Numbered from the stretch's first letter, positions 55,274 through 63,596 are shown. The stretch: DNA of 64,000 nt from Elusimicrobiota bacterium (GCA_041694815.1 JBGFSC010000035.1:1-64000); one strand, 5' to 3'. Numbers and translations: made by a program. Notes: generated from the letters alone by a model not told the origin.

Positions 55274-57023
55274 GGGCGGCGTCCAAAACCTCGCGTAGTT
55301 TGCGGGTCAAAGCCTCCAATGTCAAGGGCTTCTGCAGGAAGGCGGTCCCCTTGGCCAACAGGTCTTGCTCGACGACGGCCCGGTCGGTGTAGCCCGACAT
55401 GTAGACGACCCTCGAGCGCGGCCGGGCCGCCGTGACTCGCCGCGCCAGCTCGGCCCCATGCATATGCGGCATGACGACGTCGGTCAACAGCAGGTCGATC
55501 TCGCCCTTGTGCTTGCGGCTGATCTCGAGGGCCGCCTCGGGCGTCTCGGCCTTGAGCACCGTGTAGCCGTGCTCGACGAGCGCCCGGTACACGAACTTGC
55601 GCACCATCTCGTCGTCTTCGACGAGCAGCACGGTCTCCGTGCCCGACAGCGATCTCACCGCGGGGCCGGCGTGCGCCGGCTCGGGGCTCCCGCTCACGGC
55701 GGGGAGGTAGACCTTGAAGGTGCTCCCCTTGCCCGGCTCGCTGTAGACGAAGATGCTTCCCCCGCTCTGCTTGACGATGCCGTAGACCGTCGAAAGGCCC
55801 AGCCCGGTGCCCTTGCCCTGCTCCTTGGTGGTGAAGAAGGGCTCGAAAATCCTGGACAGCACCTTGGGCTCCATGCCGCTGCCGTTGTCGCTGACGGCGA
55901 TCATCACGTAGGGCCCCGGCCGTACCTCCACATGCTCGCGGCAATAATCCTCGCCCAGCTCCACGTCGGCGGTCTCGATGGTGATCTTGCCGCCTTGCGG
56001 CATCGCGTCGCGGGAGTTGACGACCAGGTTCATGAGTACCTGGGTGATCTGCCCGGCGTCGGCCTTGATGCGGGAGACGTCCTCGGCCAGGGAGGTGCTC
56101 AGGGTGATGTCCTCGCCGATGAGCCGGCGCAGCATCTTCTCGGTGTCGGAGACGACGACGTTTACGTCGAGCACGCGGGGCTCGAGTATCTGCTGCCGGC
56201 TGAAGGCGAGCAGCTGGCGGGTGAGCGAGGCGGCGCGCTGTCCGGCTTTTTTAATATCCTCGACGTCGGCGCGCTTGGGGTCGTCCGGGCCCAAGGCCCC
56301 CAGAAGGAAGTCGCTGTAGCCCGAGATGGCCGTCAGGAGATTGTTGAAGTCGTGGGCGATGCCCCCGGCCAGGCGGCCGACGGCCTCCATCTTCTGCGCC
56401 TGCACGAGCTGGGCCTGAGTCTTCATGAGCTCCGAGGTCCGCTCGGCCACCCGAAGCTCCAGCTCGTCATGCGCCTGCTGCAGCCGGCGGTTGGCCTCCT
56501 GAACCTCTTGGGCGCGCAGGAACACCTCGGCCTCCATCTGCTCCGCCCGGGCCTTGAGCTCCTCGGTCAGCTTGGTCTGCTCGCTCCCCTGGCGCTTGAG
56601 GAAGACGAACTCGGTGACGTCCTCGACCCTGTGGATGATGTAGCGTATCTCCCCGCCGGGACCGAACACAGGCGTGTTGACGGGGCTCCAATGCCTTTCC
56701 TCGAAGCCGCCGCCTTCCGCCTCCGGGCGGCGGATATCGTATTTCTGCACCGCCATGGTGTCGGGGACGCCCTTCTGCAGCACGCGCCCCAGCGAGGCGC
56801 GCAGGTTGCGCGTGCCGGTGGCCTTGGGATCGTCCGGATTGTCCGGGAACACCTCGAAGAGCCCGCGGCCCAGTATCTCGGGCCGGCGGGTCATCGTGGC
56901 GCGCAAATAGGCGTCGCTGACGGCGACGATGGTGAAGCGTTCGTCCGGTGTCAGCACCAGGTAGGAGCCGGGCGCGGACTCGAACAGGGCTTGGAAATCA
57001 GGCGTTGGAGGCTTTGTAGGCAA
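55266..57023 (-). CDS. Cytoplasmic PAS hybrid histidine kinase (CckA-like)
   Basis: PAS domain, LAGGIAHDFNNLL, NLVVNSRDAM, D.G.GM, FEPFFTTK, GTGLGL and a C-terminal REC domain. Confidence 0.95.
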   Translation of the reverse strand: MPTKPPTPDFQALFESAPGSYLVLTPDERFTIVAVSDAYLRATMTRRPEILGRGLFEVFPDNPDDPKATGTRNLRASLGRVLQKGVPDTMAVQKYDIRRPEAEGGGFEERHWSPVNTPVFGPGGEIRYIIHRVEDVTEFVFLKRQGSEQTKLTEELKARAEQMEAEVFLRAQEVQEANRRLQQAHDELELRVAERTSELMKTQAQLVQAQKMEAVGRLAGGIAHDFNNLLTAISGYSDFLLGALGPDDPKRADVEDIKKAGQRAASLTRQLLAFSRQQILEPRVLDVNVVVSDTEKMLRRLIGEDITLSTSLAEDVSRIKADAGQITQVLMNLVVNSRDAMPQGGKITIETADVELGEDYCREHVEVRPGPYVMIAVSDNGSGMEPKVLSRIFEPFFTTKEQGKGTGLGLSTVYGIVKQSGGSIFVYSEPGKGSTFKVYLPAVSGSPEPAHAGPAVRSLSGTETVLLVEDDEMVRKFVYRALVEHGYTVLKAETPEAALEISRKHKGEIDLLLTDVVMPHMHGAELARRVTAARPRSRVVYMSGYTDRAVVEQDLLAKGTAFLQKPLTLEALTRKLREVLDAAHA

Positions 57024-57183
57024 TGCCGGCCGAAGCTGCGATTAATAATATAATAACTATATGTAAGTTTAATATTTTAAGTATGACTATGTCAATTCAA
57101 TAGAATGGCAGGGCCGGGGCCTGAGTGACGGCATGGCTCTGGGACGCCGTATCCTGAATGTTTCTAATTTCATGTCCTTTTAG

Positions 57184-57612
57184 TCAGGGGCTCAAGAAGC
57201 CGGCTATGGTCAGGGTCGGCAAGGCGAGCACGAATCGCGCCCAGGCCTTGGGTTCCGGGCTCTTTTGGAGGCTGAGCGAGCAAACGAGCCCCTTTCCCAC
57301 GAGGCGCCCGCCGGCCAACGTTTGGACTCTGAGCTGCGCATGATCGGGTCCGTTTTGAACGGTGCTCACGCGCAGCGCGCCGCCCCGCGGCGTTTTTTCA
57401 ATCCCGCTGGACAGGGCCCGCAGCAACAGGCGTTCGAGCTCCAGGCTGGGAGCCGGCACCGGCAGCGGCGGCACTTGGCCCAGATCCAAATGGAGGGTGA
57501 TTTGGCGCAGCCGCAGCGTGCTGCCGAACATCTCGAGCATGGCCCGCAATGTCTCGTTAAGGTCGCAGGGCTCGCCCTCGTCTAAATTCTCATAACGCCG
57601 AGCTTCTTCCAT
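57184..57612 (-). CDS. Degenerate stand-alone HATPase-like protein
   Basis: CDLNE.L..ML, I.L.LDL..VP, LE.LL..AL and P.GG.LRVST resemble a histidine kinase CA domain, but the N, D and G boxes are missing. Confidence 0.6.
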   Translation of the reverse strand: MEEARRYENLDEGEPCDLNETLRAMLEMFGSTLRLRQITLHLDLGQVPPLPVPAPSLELERLLLRALSSGIEKTPRGGALRVSTVQNGPDHAQLRVQTLAGGRLVGKGLVCSLSLQKSPEPKAWARFVLALPTLTIAGFLSP

Positions 57613-57618
57613 GCCGGT

Positions 57619-57672
57619 AGTATGGATCCCGCTCCTGTGGTCCGGCCTAAACGCCGCTTAATTTTTGCTTAA
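57619..57672 (-). promoter_or_regulatory. Triple (C/T)TAA direct-repeat box plus -10 (CATACT)
   Basis: CTAA 57647, TTAA 57658, TTAA 57669; 22 bp to the -10 and 6 nt to the ATG. Confidence 0.65.
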
Positions 57673-57705
57673 AAAGCGCCCTTGGTGTTCAGCTGCTGGC
57701 TAGTC

Positions 57706-58416
57706 CTATAATTTAAAGCGTTCATCTGCCGTGATATCTTCCAAGGGTTCTTCCACGGGCTTGGCTGGCTTTTTGAGCCCCTCCTTGAGCGTTCCTAAGA
57801 CAGCCTGATCCGAGCCCCGCTCCACGGCGGCCGTCTGACCCGGCGCGGTCAATTCGTATTCGAGGGCACCGCGAGCGTCGTTTGGAAAAATGGCAAGGCA
57901 CACGAGGTTCTTTTTCTCCGGAGATTTGAACCGGCATCCGATCCAAAGATTGGAGTAGGGCCTAAAGGAAAGGATCCGTACATCGATGTTCCGATAAAAC
58001 GTTAATGGCGTGGGGAAGCCGCAGCGGGCCTTCCAGGTTTTTAAAGGGTCCTCAGGCGTATTGGCGACTTCTTTTAGGTCGAGCGGCCTGTTGGTGCCAA
58101 TCCCCGCCACATAACCCTCCCAGCCTGAAGGGCGATGGATCCCCTTGGCAAATCGAAGGCAGCCCCACAGGTTGCGCCTGCGTTCCCGATCCTCCTCCGT
58201 TCCGGAGCGGCCCCAATCTTCATCGATGAGATTCCAAACGCCCAAGAGCTCATTCGGATCGGTAACATCGAGGCCGTTCTCAAAGGCAGCCGGTTGCTCG
58301 GTAACAGCGGTGCCAATGAGCTCTTTCTGCAATGCATGGTAATGGTCTACAAAAGGTTCGATCATAATCGCGGAGGCGGATGACGCCCCCAGGATAAGCG
58401 AGATTAAAAGTTTCAT
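57706..58416 (-). CDS. Exported hypothetical protein, lower GC
   Basis: Signal MKLLISLILGASSASA and four Cys residues. TAGG-type motifs upstream. Confidence 0.75.
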   Translation of the reverse strand: MKLLISLILGASSASAIMIEPFVDHYHALQKELIGTAVTEQPAAFENGLDVTDPNELLGVWNLIDEDWGRSGTEEDRERRRNLWGCLRFAKGIHRPSGWEGYVAGIGTNRPLDLKEVANTPEDPLKTWKARCGFPTPLTFYRNIDVRILSFRPYSNLWIGCRFKSPEKKNLVCLAIFPNDARGALEYELTAPGQTAAVERGSDQAVLGTLKEGLKKPAKPVEEPLEDITADERFKL

Positions 58417-58453
58417 TCTACGGAAATATACCCGGACTTCGGCCGCCGCGGAA

Positions 58454-58490
58454 GGGGCTAAAGTCCCGCGATCATAGGCCTAAAGACCTA
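58454..58490 (-). promoter_or_regulatory. TAGG-motif copies upstream of the exported protein gene
   Basis: TAGGTCTTTAGGCCT (58490-58476) and GGGACTTTAGCCCC (58467-58454) on the minus strand. Confidence 0.45.
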
Positions 58491-58555
58491 GAGGTTATTT
58501 TTAAAACCGATGCGCTACCTCATCGAGTAGCGTAATACCTCCTGGGGCGAAACCG

Positions 58556-58957
58556 CTACCTTCTCGGATAGCGACGGCGGCGTGGAATATGCCCTTCACA
58601 ATAGAGAATATCGGTGCGCCGTTCGAGTTTGTCCGCATCGAGGGGACTTGAAGGTATTACAATGAGCTCGCAGCCAAAACCGGCGAAGACCCGGCGCAGA
58701 GTGCTGATACGCACATCCTGACCGCATTCGATCTTGGCAATTTTTGACGCCGGCAGACCAGAAAGCAATGCTAATTGACGTTGCGTCATGTCGAAGCGCC
58801 GGCGCATCCATCGCAGCACCTCAGCCAAGGTTTGCCGATGCCAATCCTCTGGCAGCTTGCGCGCTGCAAGAAGCACCTCGTTGATCGGGTCATATCGCGG
58901 ATCCCTTAATAAGCCAGCGAGTTGTCGTAGCGCCTGAGCATCCGAAATCGGGGCCAT
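58556..58957 (-). CDS. XRE/Cro-family helix-turn-helix protein
   Basis: LRWMRRRFDMTQRQLA..SGL..SKIAKIE.G.D.RISTL......GC. Confidence 0.85.
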   Translation of the reverse strand: MAPISDAQALRQLAGLLRDPRYDPINEVLLAARKLPEDWHRQTLAEVLRWMRRRFDMTQRQLALLSGLPASKIAKIECGQDVRISTLRRVFAGFGCELIVIPSSPLDADKLERRTDILYCEGHIPRRRRYPRR

Positions 58958-59077
58958 ACTAAATATACGATTGACGCGTGTAAAAGTTCCCTATCCACCG
59001 TGATCCACAGAATAGAAAAAGAAGTAAAAAAGAAAAGAGACAACGGCCGACGATGACTCTATTCCTTCGGTATCCTT

Positions 59078-59494
59078 TTACGTGAGTTTACCGGATCCCC
59101 TTTCTCGCCTCACGCTTGCCAAGAGCGCGGCCGACTTCTTCTTAAGCCACTCGCGATGCTCTTCCTGAGGCCGGCTCGCGGACCCGTCCTCCCAGGCGAT
59201 CTCCTCGATGGTGACCCACGAGTTTCCCGCCCCGAAAGCCCAGCAGCCGAGCGTCCGGAGCGGGTCGCCCGCGGGCAGTCGTTCCGCGTAACGCCGGTAC
59301 GGATGGCCCAACGGGACCGGGCAGCGGCGTTCGACGGTCTCGGCCCAAGCGGCAAGATTATGATCCTTCTGCACGCAGCTTTCGCGAACGGCTTCTAGGA
59401 CCTTCCTCGGCTTGCCCTCGACCAGTTTGAGGCCGTCGGCCCTGCCCGATAGGAATGGAATCAAGTTGTAGATTCGCACGCTCCTGGCGTTCAT
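59078..59494 (-). CDS. Hypothetical protein
   Basis: 138 aa with GC3-rich codons; ATGA overlap with the upstream antitoxin. Confidence 0.65.
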   Translation of the reverse strand: MNARSVRIYNLIPFLSGRADGLKLVEGKPRKVLEAVRESCVQKDHNLAAWAETVERRCPVPLGHPYRRYAERLPAGDPLRTLGCWAFGAGNSWVTIEEIAWEDGSASRPQEEHREWLKKKSAALLASVRRERGSGKLT

Positions 59495-59823
59495 CGGTCC
59501 CTAACCGTCCCCATCGCCAAGCCCGATGCGTATACCGACCCCGGGTCGATGCTGGGGGCCTCCTGCTCGGCCCTCTCTTGGAGCCACTGCTGCATCAGCG
59601 TCTGGTAGGGGACGCCGCGGTGCTCGGCGATCCGCCGGATCTTGCGCACCAAGTCCAGGTCGATTCGGATCGAAAGCAAGTGCTTGGCGGGTCCCTTGAG
59701 CCTCATCCTGACCGGCCTAAATTCGTCCAAATGCTCGGTCAAGGAGTGCTTGTCCCAGTAGGCCGATTCCGCCTTCAAGGACTTAAAGACAGGCAGCTTC
59801 TTGGTCTTCTTTTTCATGGTCAT
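59491..59823 (-). CDS. BrnA/CopG-type antitoxin
   Basis: LP.FKS..AE..YWD.H, LSIRID, I..IA...GVPYQTLM.QWL.ER. ATGA overlap with the toxin gene. Confidence 0.88.
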   Translation of the reverse strand: MTMKKKTKKLPVFKSLKAESAYWDKHSLTEHLDEFRPVRMRLKGPAKHLLSIRIDLDLVRKIRRIAEHRGVPYQTLMQQWLQERAEQEAPSIDPGSVYASGLAMGTVRDR

Positions 59824-60095
59824 CCGGCGTGCCTCTCGTAGAGGTCGCGTTCGCTTTCCGTCATGTCCCGGGCCGTGATGATCAACGCTCTTCCACGCCC
59901 GATTTTCTCGAAGAAGACGATCACGCGCCGTCCCGCGTCCGTGCGTCCGAGCAGGGCGTAACGCCCGCCCTGGGCCTTGTGGATATGGGTGAGCGGCCCG
60001 AAGCAGGCCTCCTCGACTTTCTCGGGCTGGAGCCCATGCTTCCGTTGGACCTTCTCCGCGATCTCGCGGATCCAGACGATCTCGACGAGCCTCAC
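59820..60095 (-). CDS. BrnT-family toxin
   Basis: W.......K...KHG....VEE, R...LGRT.AGR and IITARDMT.SER.LY. GGAGG site upstream. Confidence 0.9.
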   Translation of the reverse strand: MRLVEIVWIREIAEKVQRKHGLQPEKVEEACFGPLTHIHKAQGGRYALLGRTDAGRRVIVFFEKIGRGRALIITARDMTESERDLYERHAG

Positions 60096-60109
60096 GGCCG
60101 GCCTCCTGA

Positions 60110-60138
60110 AGTATATACGACGTAGCTACTAAGGTCAA
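60110..60138 (-). promoter_or_regulatory. Sigma70 promoter of the second brnTA-like operon
   Basis: TTGACC-17 bp-TATACT on the minus strand. Confidence 0.75.
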
Positions 60139-60244
60139 GGCCAATCCCCATGCCTACAGGTACGAATAACATCCCAGTTTAGTTCCAATTGCTCGTTTTG
60201 GTTCCGGGGTTTCCGGGCTATAAGGTCGGCGCTTCGGCTCGGCG

Positions 60245-60544
60245 TTAGTGGTGCGTAATGGGAAAAAAGCCGATTCTTATCCCGTAAACCGAAAGGATAG
60301 TATCAAGGGTATTGATCTCCGGGTTCCCCGTGGACGAGAGGGTTTTATAGAGCGTTGTCCGGCTTAGATTCGTCCTTTTGGCAAGCTTCCCGATGCCGCC
60401 TTGAGCCCCCACCACGTTGCGTAGCGCCTTTAGAAGCCCGCGGATATCTCCATCCTCCGCGACGGAATTGAGATACGCCGCGGCCTCCGCCGGGTTCGCC
60501 AAATGGCGCATTAAATAATCTCGATGGGGAATTATTCGAATCAT
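60245..60544 (-). CDS. Addiction module antidote protein (HI1420-like HTH antitoxin)
   Basis: L.NP.EAAAYLN, ALRNVV.AQGG...LAK.T.LSR..LYKTLS..GNP...TL..IL. ATGA overlap with the toxin remnant. Confidence 0.9.
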   Translation of the reverse strand: MIRIIPHRDYLMRHLANPAEAAAYLNSVAEDGDIRGLLKALRNVVGAQGGIGKLAKRTNLSRTTLYKTLSSTGNPEINTLDTILSVYGIRIGFFPITHH

Positions 60545-60731
60545 TTTAGAGCTAGATACTCGGCCCATAAGCGTTTTGCGAGTTCTAAATCCGTTCTTTG
60601 GTCCTGCTTTCGGCCGCCGCATAGGAGTAAAATTATTCTAGCCGCATCAGGTCTCCGAACAGATTCTTGCCTTGGCTGACGTAGTGGAGAACCAGCCACG
60701 TCTGTTCCTTATTGTAGTCTATAAAAGACAT
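60541..60731 (-). pseudogene. Addiction module killer (RelE/HigB-like, HI1419-type) toxin pseudogene with internal deletion
   Basis: One frame gives ...EQTWLVLHYVSQGKNLFGD. A different frame gives PDAARIILLLCGGRKQDQRTDLELAKRLWAEYLALK*. The central part is absent. Confidence 0.8.
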
Positions 60732-60823
60732 GGTCAATGCTTTCTTTCCACATGTACGAATGAGATGGCGAATAGTTCCCTATGACAGATGCCTTAACAG
60801 GATTCGTGGACTAAAACACCCGC

Positions 60824-62101
60824 TTAAACCGCCGGAACGTCGGCGGGCGAGGCCAGGGGAAGGGTCAGGATGAACCGCGCCCCGCCCTCGGGTTTGTTCT
60901 CGGCTCGGAGGCTGCCGTGATGCTGCCGGGCGATCTCGGAGCAGATGTAGAGGCCGAGCCCCGTTCCCCCCCTGCTGGCGGTGGAGAAAGCGGCGAAATG
61001 GGAGTCGAGTATTTCTTGCGGGATCCCGGCGCCGGTGTCCTCTACGGTCACGTGCATTTCCGCCTGCCGGGTGGCCGGATGCATGATAGAGAAAGTCTGC
61101 ACCGTCAGGATTCCCCCCTCGGGCATCGCCCGAATGGAATTGGAGAAGAGGTTCAGGAATAGGCGTTCTAGATGCGAGGAGCTCGCCAGCACCAGCGCGT
61201 CCTCGTCGTCATAGGCGAGCTTGGTCTCGATCCCGAATTTCTTGAGCGATACCTGGAACATGTCCAGCACCGATTCCACGATCTCGGAGACGCGGCGAGG
61301 GACGGTCTCCAGGGTCTTGTCCTTGGCCATGCTGATCAGATGGGCGCTGACCCCCTGGGTGAGCAGTATCGATCTTTTGATATGCACGAGCAATTCCCGC
61401 TGCTCGGCCGTGACATCCTCGTTGTCTAGAAGCAGATCCGCGTAGCCCAGCACGGCCATGAAGGCGTTGTTGAGATCGTGCGCGACCCCCGAGGTGAGCA
61501 TGCCGACCTGGGCCAACCGGCCGCTTTGCTCCAGGCGGGTCTGTTGGCTGCGGGTTAAGCCCTCTAAGCGCTCGAGCTCGGCCTTGCGCTCCTGCAGCTG
61601 CCGCCGATTGCGCCGGTCCTTCTCGGCGAGCCGCCAGGTGACCGCCGCGGTGAAGAGGAAAATGCCGCTTTTGAGCAGCAATTCGAAGCCCGCGTCGGCG
61701 CCCCTGTCCCCCTCCAACAGAATAAACCCGGCGTTGAAGCCGATGGCCCCCAAGGTGATCCAGAGGGTCTCGCGGAAATCGAGCAGCAGGCAGGCCGTCG
61801 AGATGGGAAGCAGGTAGAGCACCCAGAGGTTGGACTGGGCCCCTCCCGAATAGGGCAGTATGGCGGTGATGACCGCGCAGTTGGCCATGATGAACAGCGC
61901 GGGGATCCAATGCCGCTGCGGCCAGCGGCGCAGCGAGAGTCCCGCGCCCAGGTTGAGCGCGAAAAGCATGAGAAAGAACGTGAGAATCTGCGGGAACACG
62001 ATGGCCGGGTTGTCGCGCCATAAAAAGGCCAGGGCCGCCATGAAAATGCAGAATACGGTCTCGTATTGCGTGGCGATCTTCTCTTCGCGATGGGTTTTCA
62101 C
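60824..62101 (-). CDS. Membrane sensor histidine kinase
   Basis: About 5-6 TM helices, GVAHDLNN, NLFSNS, EDTGAGI and GTGLGL. GTG at 62101 lies 6 nt after TATGCT. Confidence 0.93.
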   Translation of the reverse strand: MKTHREEKIATQYETVFCIFMAALAFLWRDNPAIVFPQILTFFLMLFALNLGAGLSLRRWPQRHWIPALFIMANCAVITAILPYSGGAQSNLWVLYLLPISTACLLLDFRETLWITLGAIGFNAGFILLEGDRGADAGFELLLKSGIFLFTAAVTWRLAEKDRRNRRQLQERKAELERLEGLTRSQQTRLEQSGRLAQVGMLTSGVAHDLNNAFMAVLGYADLLLDNEDVTAEQRELLVHIKRSILLTQGVSAHLISMAKDKTLETVPRRVSEIVESVLDMFQVSLKKFGIETKLAYDDEDALVLASSSHLERLFLNLFSNSIRAMPEGGILTVQTFSIMHPATRQAEMHVTVEDTGAGIPQEILDSHFAAFSTASRGGTGLGLYICSEIARQHHGSLRAENKPEGGARFILTLPLASPADVPAV

Positions 62102-62107
62102 ACCCAA

Positions 62108-62161
62108 AGCATAACCCGGTCGGCCGGCCGAACCCTTAAACGGGGATTAATTCTTTCTTAA
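62108..62161 (-). promoter_or_regulatory. Triple TTAA direct-repeat box plus -10 (TATGCT)
   Basis: TTAA at 62136, 62147 and 62158; 22 bp to the -10 and 6 nt to the GTG. Confidence 0.7.
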
Positions 62162-62195
62162 TTGGTGTCCACAACGATTCTCGCGGGGCCGGAGC

Positions 62196-62357
62196 TCATC
62201 TCTTGGCGGAACGCACCGAGGCGATGAGCCGCGGCACATCCTTGGCCCTGTAGCCGGCGGCCTCCGCCGCCAGGCGGAGGCGGTCCCATAGCGAATCGAA
62301 GCGTATGTCGAGCTCCTTGGCACTTTTGGCGCGGGTCCTGTCATCGATGGGGCCCAT
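62196..62357 (-). CDS. Putative 53-aa protein resembling the C-terminal half of an antitoxin
   Basis: Manual translation MGPIDDRTRAKSAKELDIRFDSLWDRLRLAAEAAGYRAKDVPRLIASVRSAKR, with GC3-rich codons. Below the ORF-track cutoff. Confidence 0.45.
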   Translation of the reverse strand: MGPIDDRTRAKSAKELDIRFDSLWDRLRLAAEAAGYRAKDVPRLIASVRSAKR

Positions 62358-62441
62358 GCCGTGGCAGTCGACGGTCCGGATCCCTGGCGCGTAAACGACC
62401 GCCAGGACCCACCCCTCCAGGAAATAGTAATATGGGCGCCG

Positions 62442-63596
62442 GTGCTTTTAAAAAGGATCGGTTCGGCCGGATTGTTCCTGTTCGCGGCATCGCTGCCGCT
62501 TTCCATCGCCGGCGCCAATATCGGCTGGACGATCTGCCTCGCCGCGCTGCTGGCCGACGCCCAGACCCGCAAAACCTTCTGGAACGACTGGATGGCCGAT
62601 CCCCTATTTAGGCCTTGGGTGGTTTTCCTGGCCGCGGCGATGCTGGCCTCCTTGTTCGGGATCGACCCCAAAAATAGCCTGCCCATGCTGCGCACCGACA
62701 TGGGGAAGGCCCTGGTCTATTTCGTGATCGTCTCCTCAGTCCTCGCCTTCAACGCGAAGGCGGCGCTCTGGGGCTATCTGCTCGCCGCGCTCGTCGCCGC
62801 CGGGTGGGGCATCTACCAGCCCATTTGGACCCGGTTTCCCTTCGCGCACGGCTCCGTCCACCACGTCACCTACGGGGAGCTCATCGCGCTGGCGCTGACC
62901 TTCTGCCTGGCCCGCCTGGCTTTTGTCCAAACCAAGCTGGAAAAAACAGGAATGTCGGCGTGCTTGGCGATACTGAGCGCCGCCCTGGCCTTAAGCCATG
63001 CCCGCGCGGCTTGGCTGGCGGCCGTGGCGGCCCTGATCCTCTGCGTCGTCCTTTACGCCCCGGGCCGCAAGAGGCTGCTGATCGTGGCCGCGGCTTATCT
63101 GGCGCTAGCAATAGCCGTGTTGGCGGCTGGGCGGAGAGCCCCGCTCATGGCCTCCCTAGCCGAGCGAGCCTCCACGATTTTCTCGACGAGCTTTCGCTCC
63201 AACGAGATCCGTCTCATTTCCTGGAAAGTGGGCTTCGAGATTTTTAAGGATCACCCGCTCTTCGGCGTGGGCCCTCGGAATGTCCGCCAGGTCTTCAATC
63301 AATACTACGGCGAGCTTATCGAGGGCGAGCGGGACTGGTCCAACCTGCACAATCTATTCATCCACCAATTGGCCGAGCGCGGGCTTATCGGCCTCTCGGC
63401 GCTGCTCTACCTGTTCGCTTCTTTTTGGGGGCTCGCCTGGCGCTGGTTCAAGGAAAACCCAAGCGCCCTCTCGCTGTGGGCCTTGGCCGGGCTCTCCGCG
63501 TTTTTCTTGATGAATCTCACCGAGACGTCCTTCCAGCATGAGATCGACGCGTATATGGCGGTCTTCATGCTGGCTGTCGCGCGCTTAAGAATCTGA
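62442..63596 (+). CDS. O-antigen ligase (WaaL/Wzy_C) family protein
   Basis: Multiple TM helices, S.ARAAWLA, S..IR...W, HPLFGVG and HN.F...LAE.GLIG. GTG start inferred. Confidence 0.92.
   Translation: MLLKRIGSAGLFLFAASLPLSIAGANIGWTICLAALLADAQTRKTFWNDWMADPLFRPWVVFLAAAMLASLFGIDPKNSLPMLRTDMGKALVYFVIVSSVLAFNAKAALWGYLLAALVAAGWGIYQPIWTRFPFAHGSVHHVTYGELIALALTFCLARLAFVQTKLEKTGMSACLAILSAALALSHARAAWLAAVAALILCVVLYAPGRKRLLIVAAAYLALAIAVLAAGRRAPLMASLAERASTIFSTSFRSNEIRLISWKVGFEIFKDHPLFGVGPRNVRQVFNQYYGELIEGERDWSNLHNLFIHQLAERGLIGLSALLYLFASFWGLAWRWFKENPSALSLWALAGLSAFFLMNLTETSFQHEIDAYMAVFMLAVARLRI

Noticed and set aside
55365..57053. 562-aa plus-strand ORF and similar long antisense ORFs (e.g. 43389-44795, 12402-13535, 24309-25466)
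   Set aside because: Shadow ORFs opposite well-supported genes, expected in high-GC DNA, with no recognisable motifs.
57030..57105. AT-rich tract upstream of the hybrid kinase as a fourth triple-TTAA promoter
   Set aside because: It contains TTAA/TAA words but not the 11-bp period and 22/6 spacing; probably an ordinary promoter region.
58991..59009. DnaA-box-like CTATCCACC and TGATCCACA near an A-rich tract
   Set aside because: Only two imperfect boxes and no dnaA/dnaN context, which is not enough for an origin call.
60545..60622. Longer N-terminus (MRRPKAG...) for the antidote protein
   Set aside because: This stretch encodes the toxin remnant in another frame, and the ATGA overlap supports the start at 60544.
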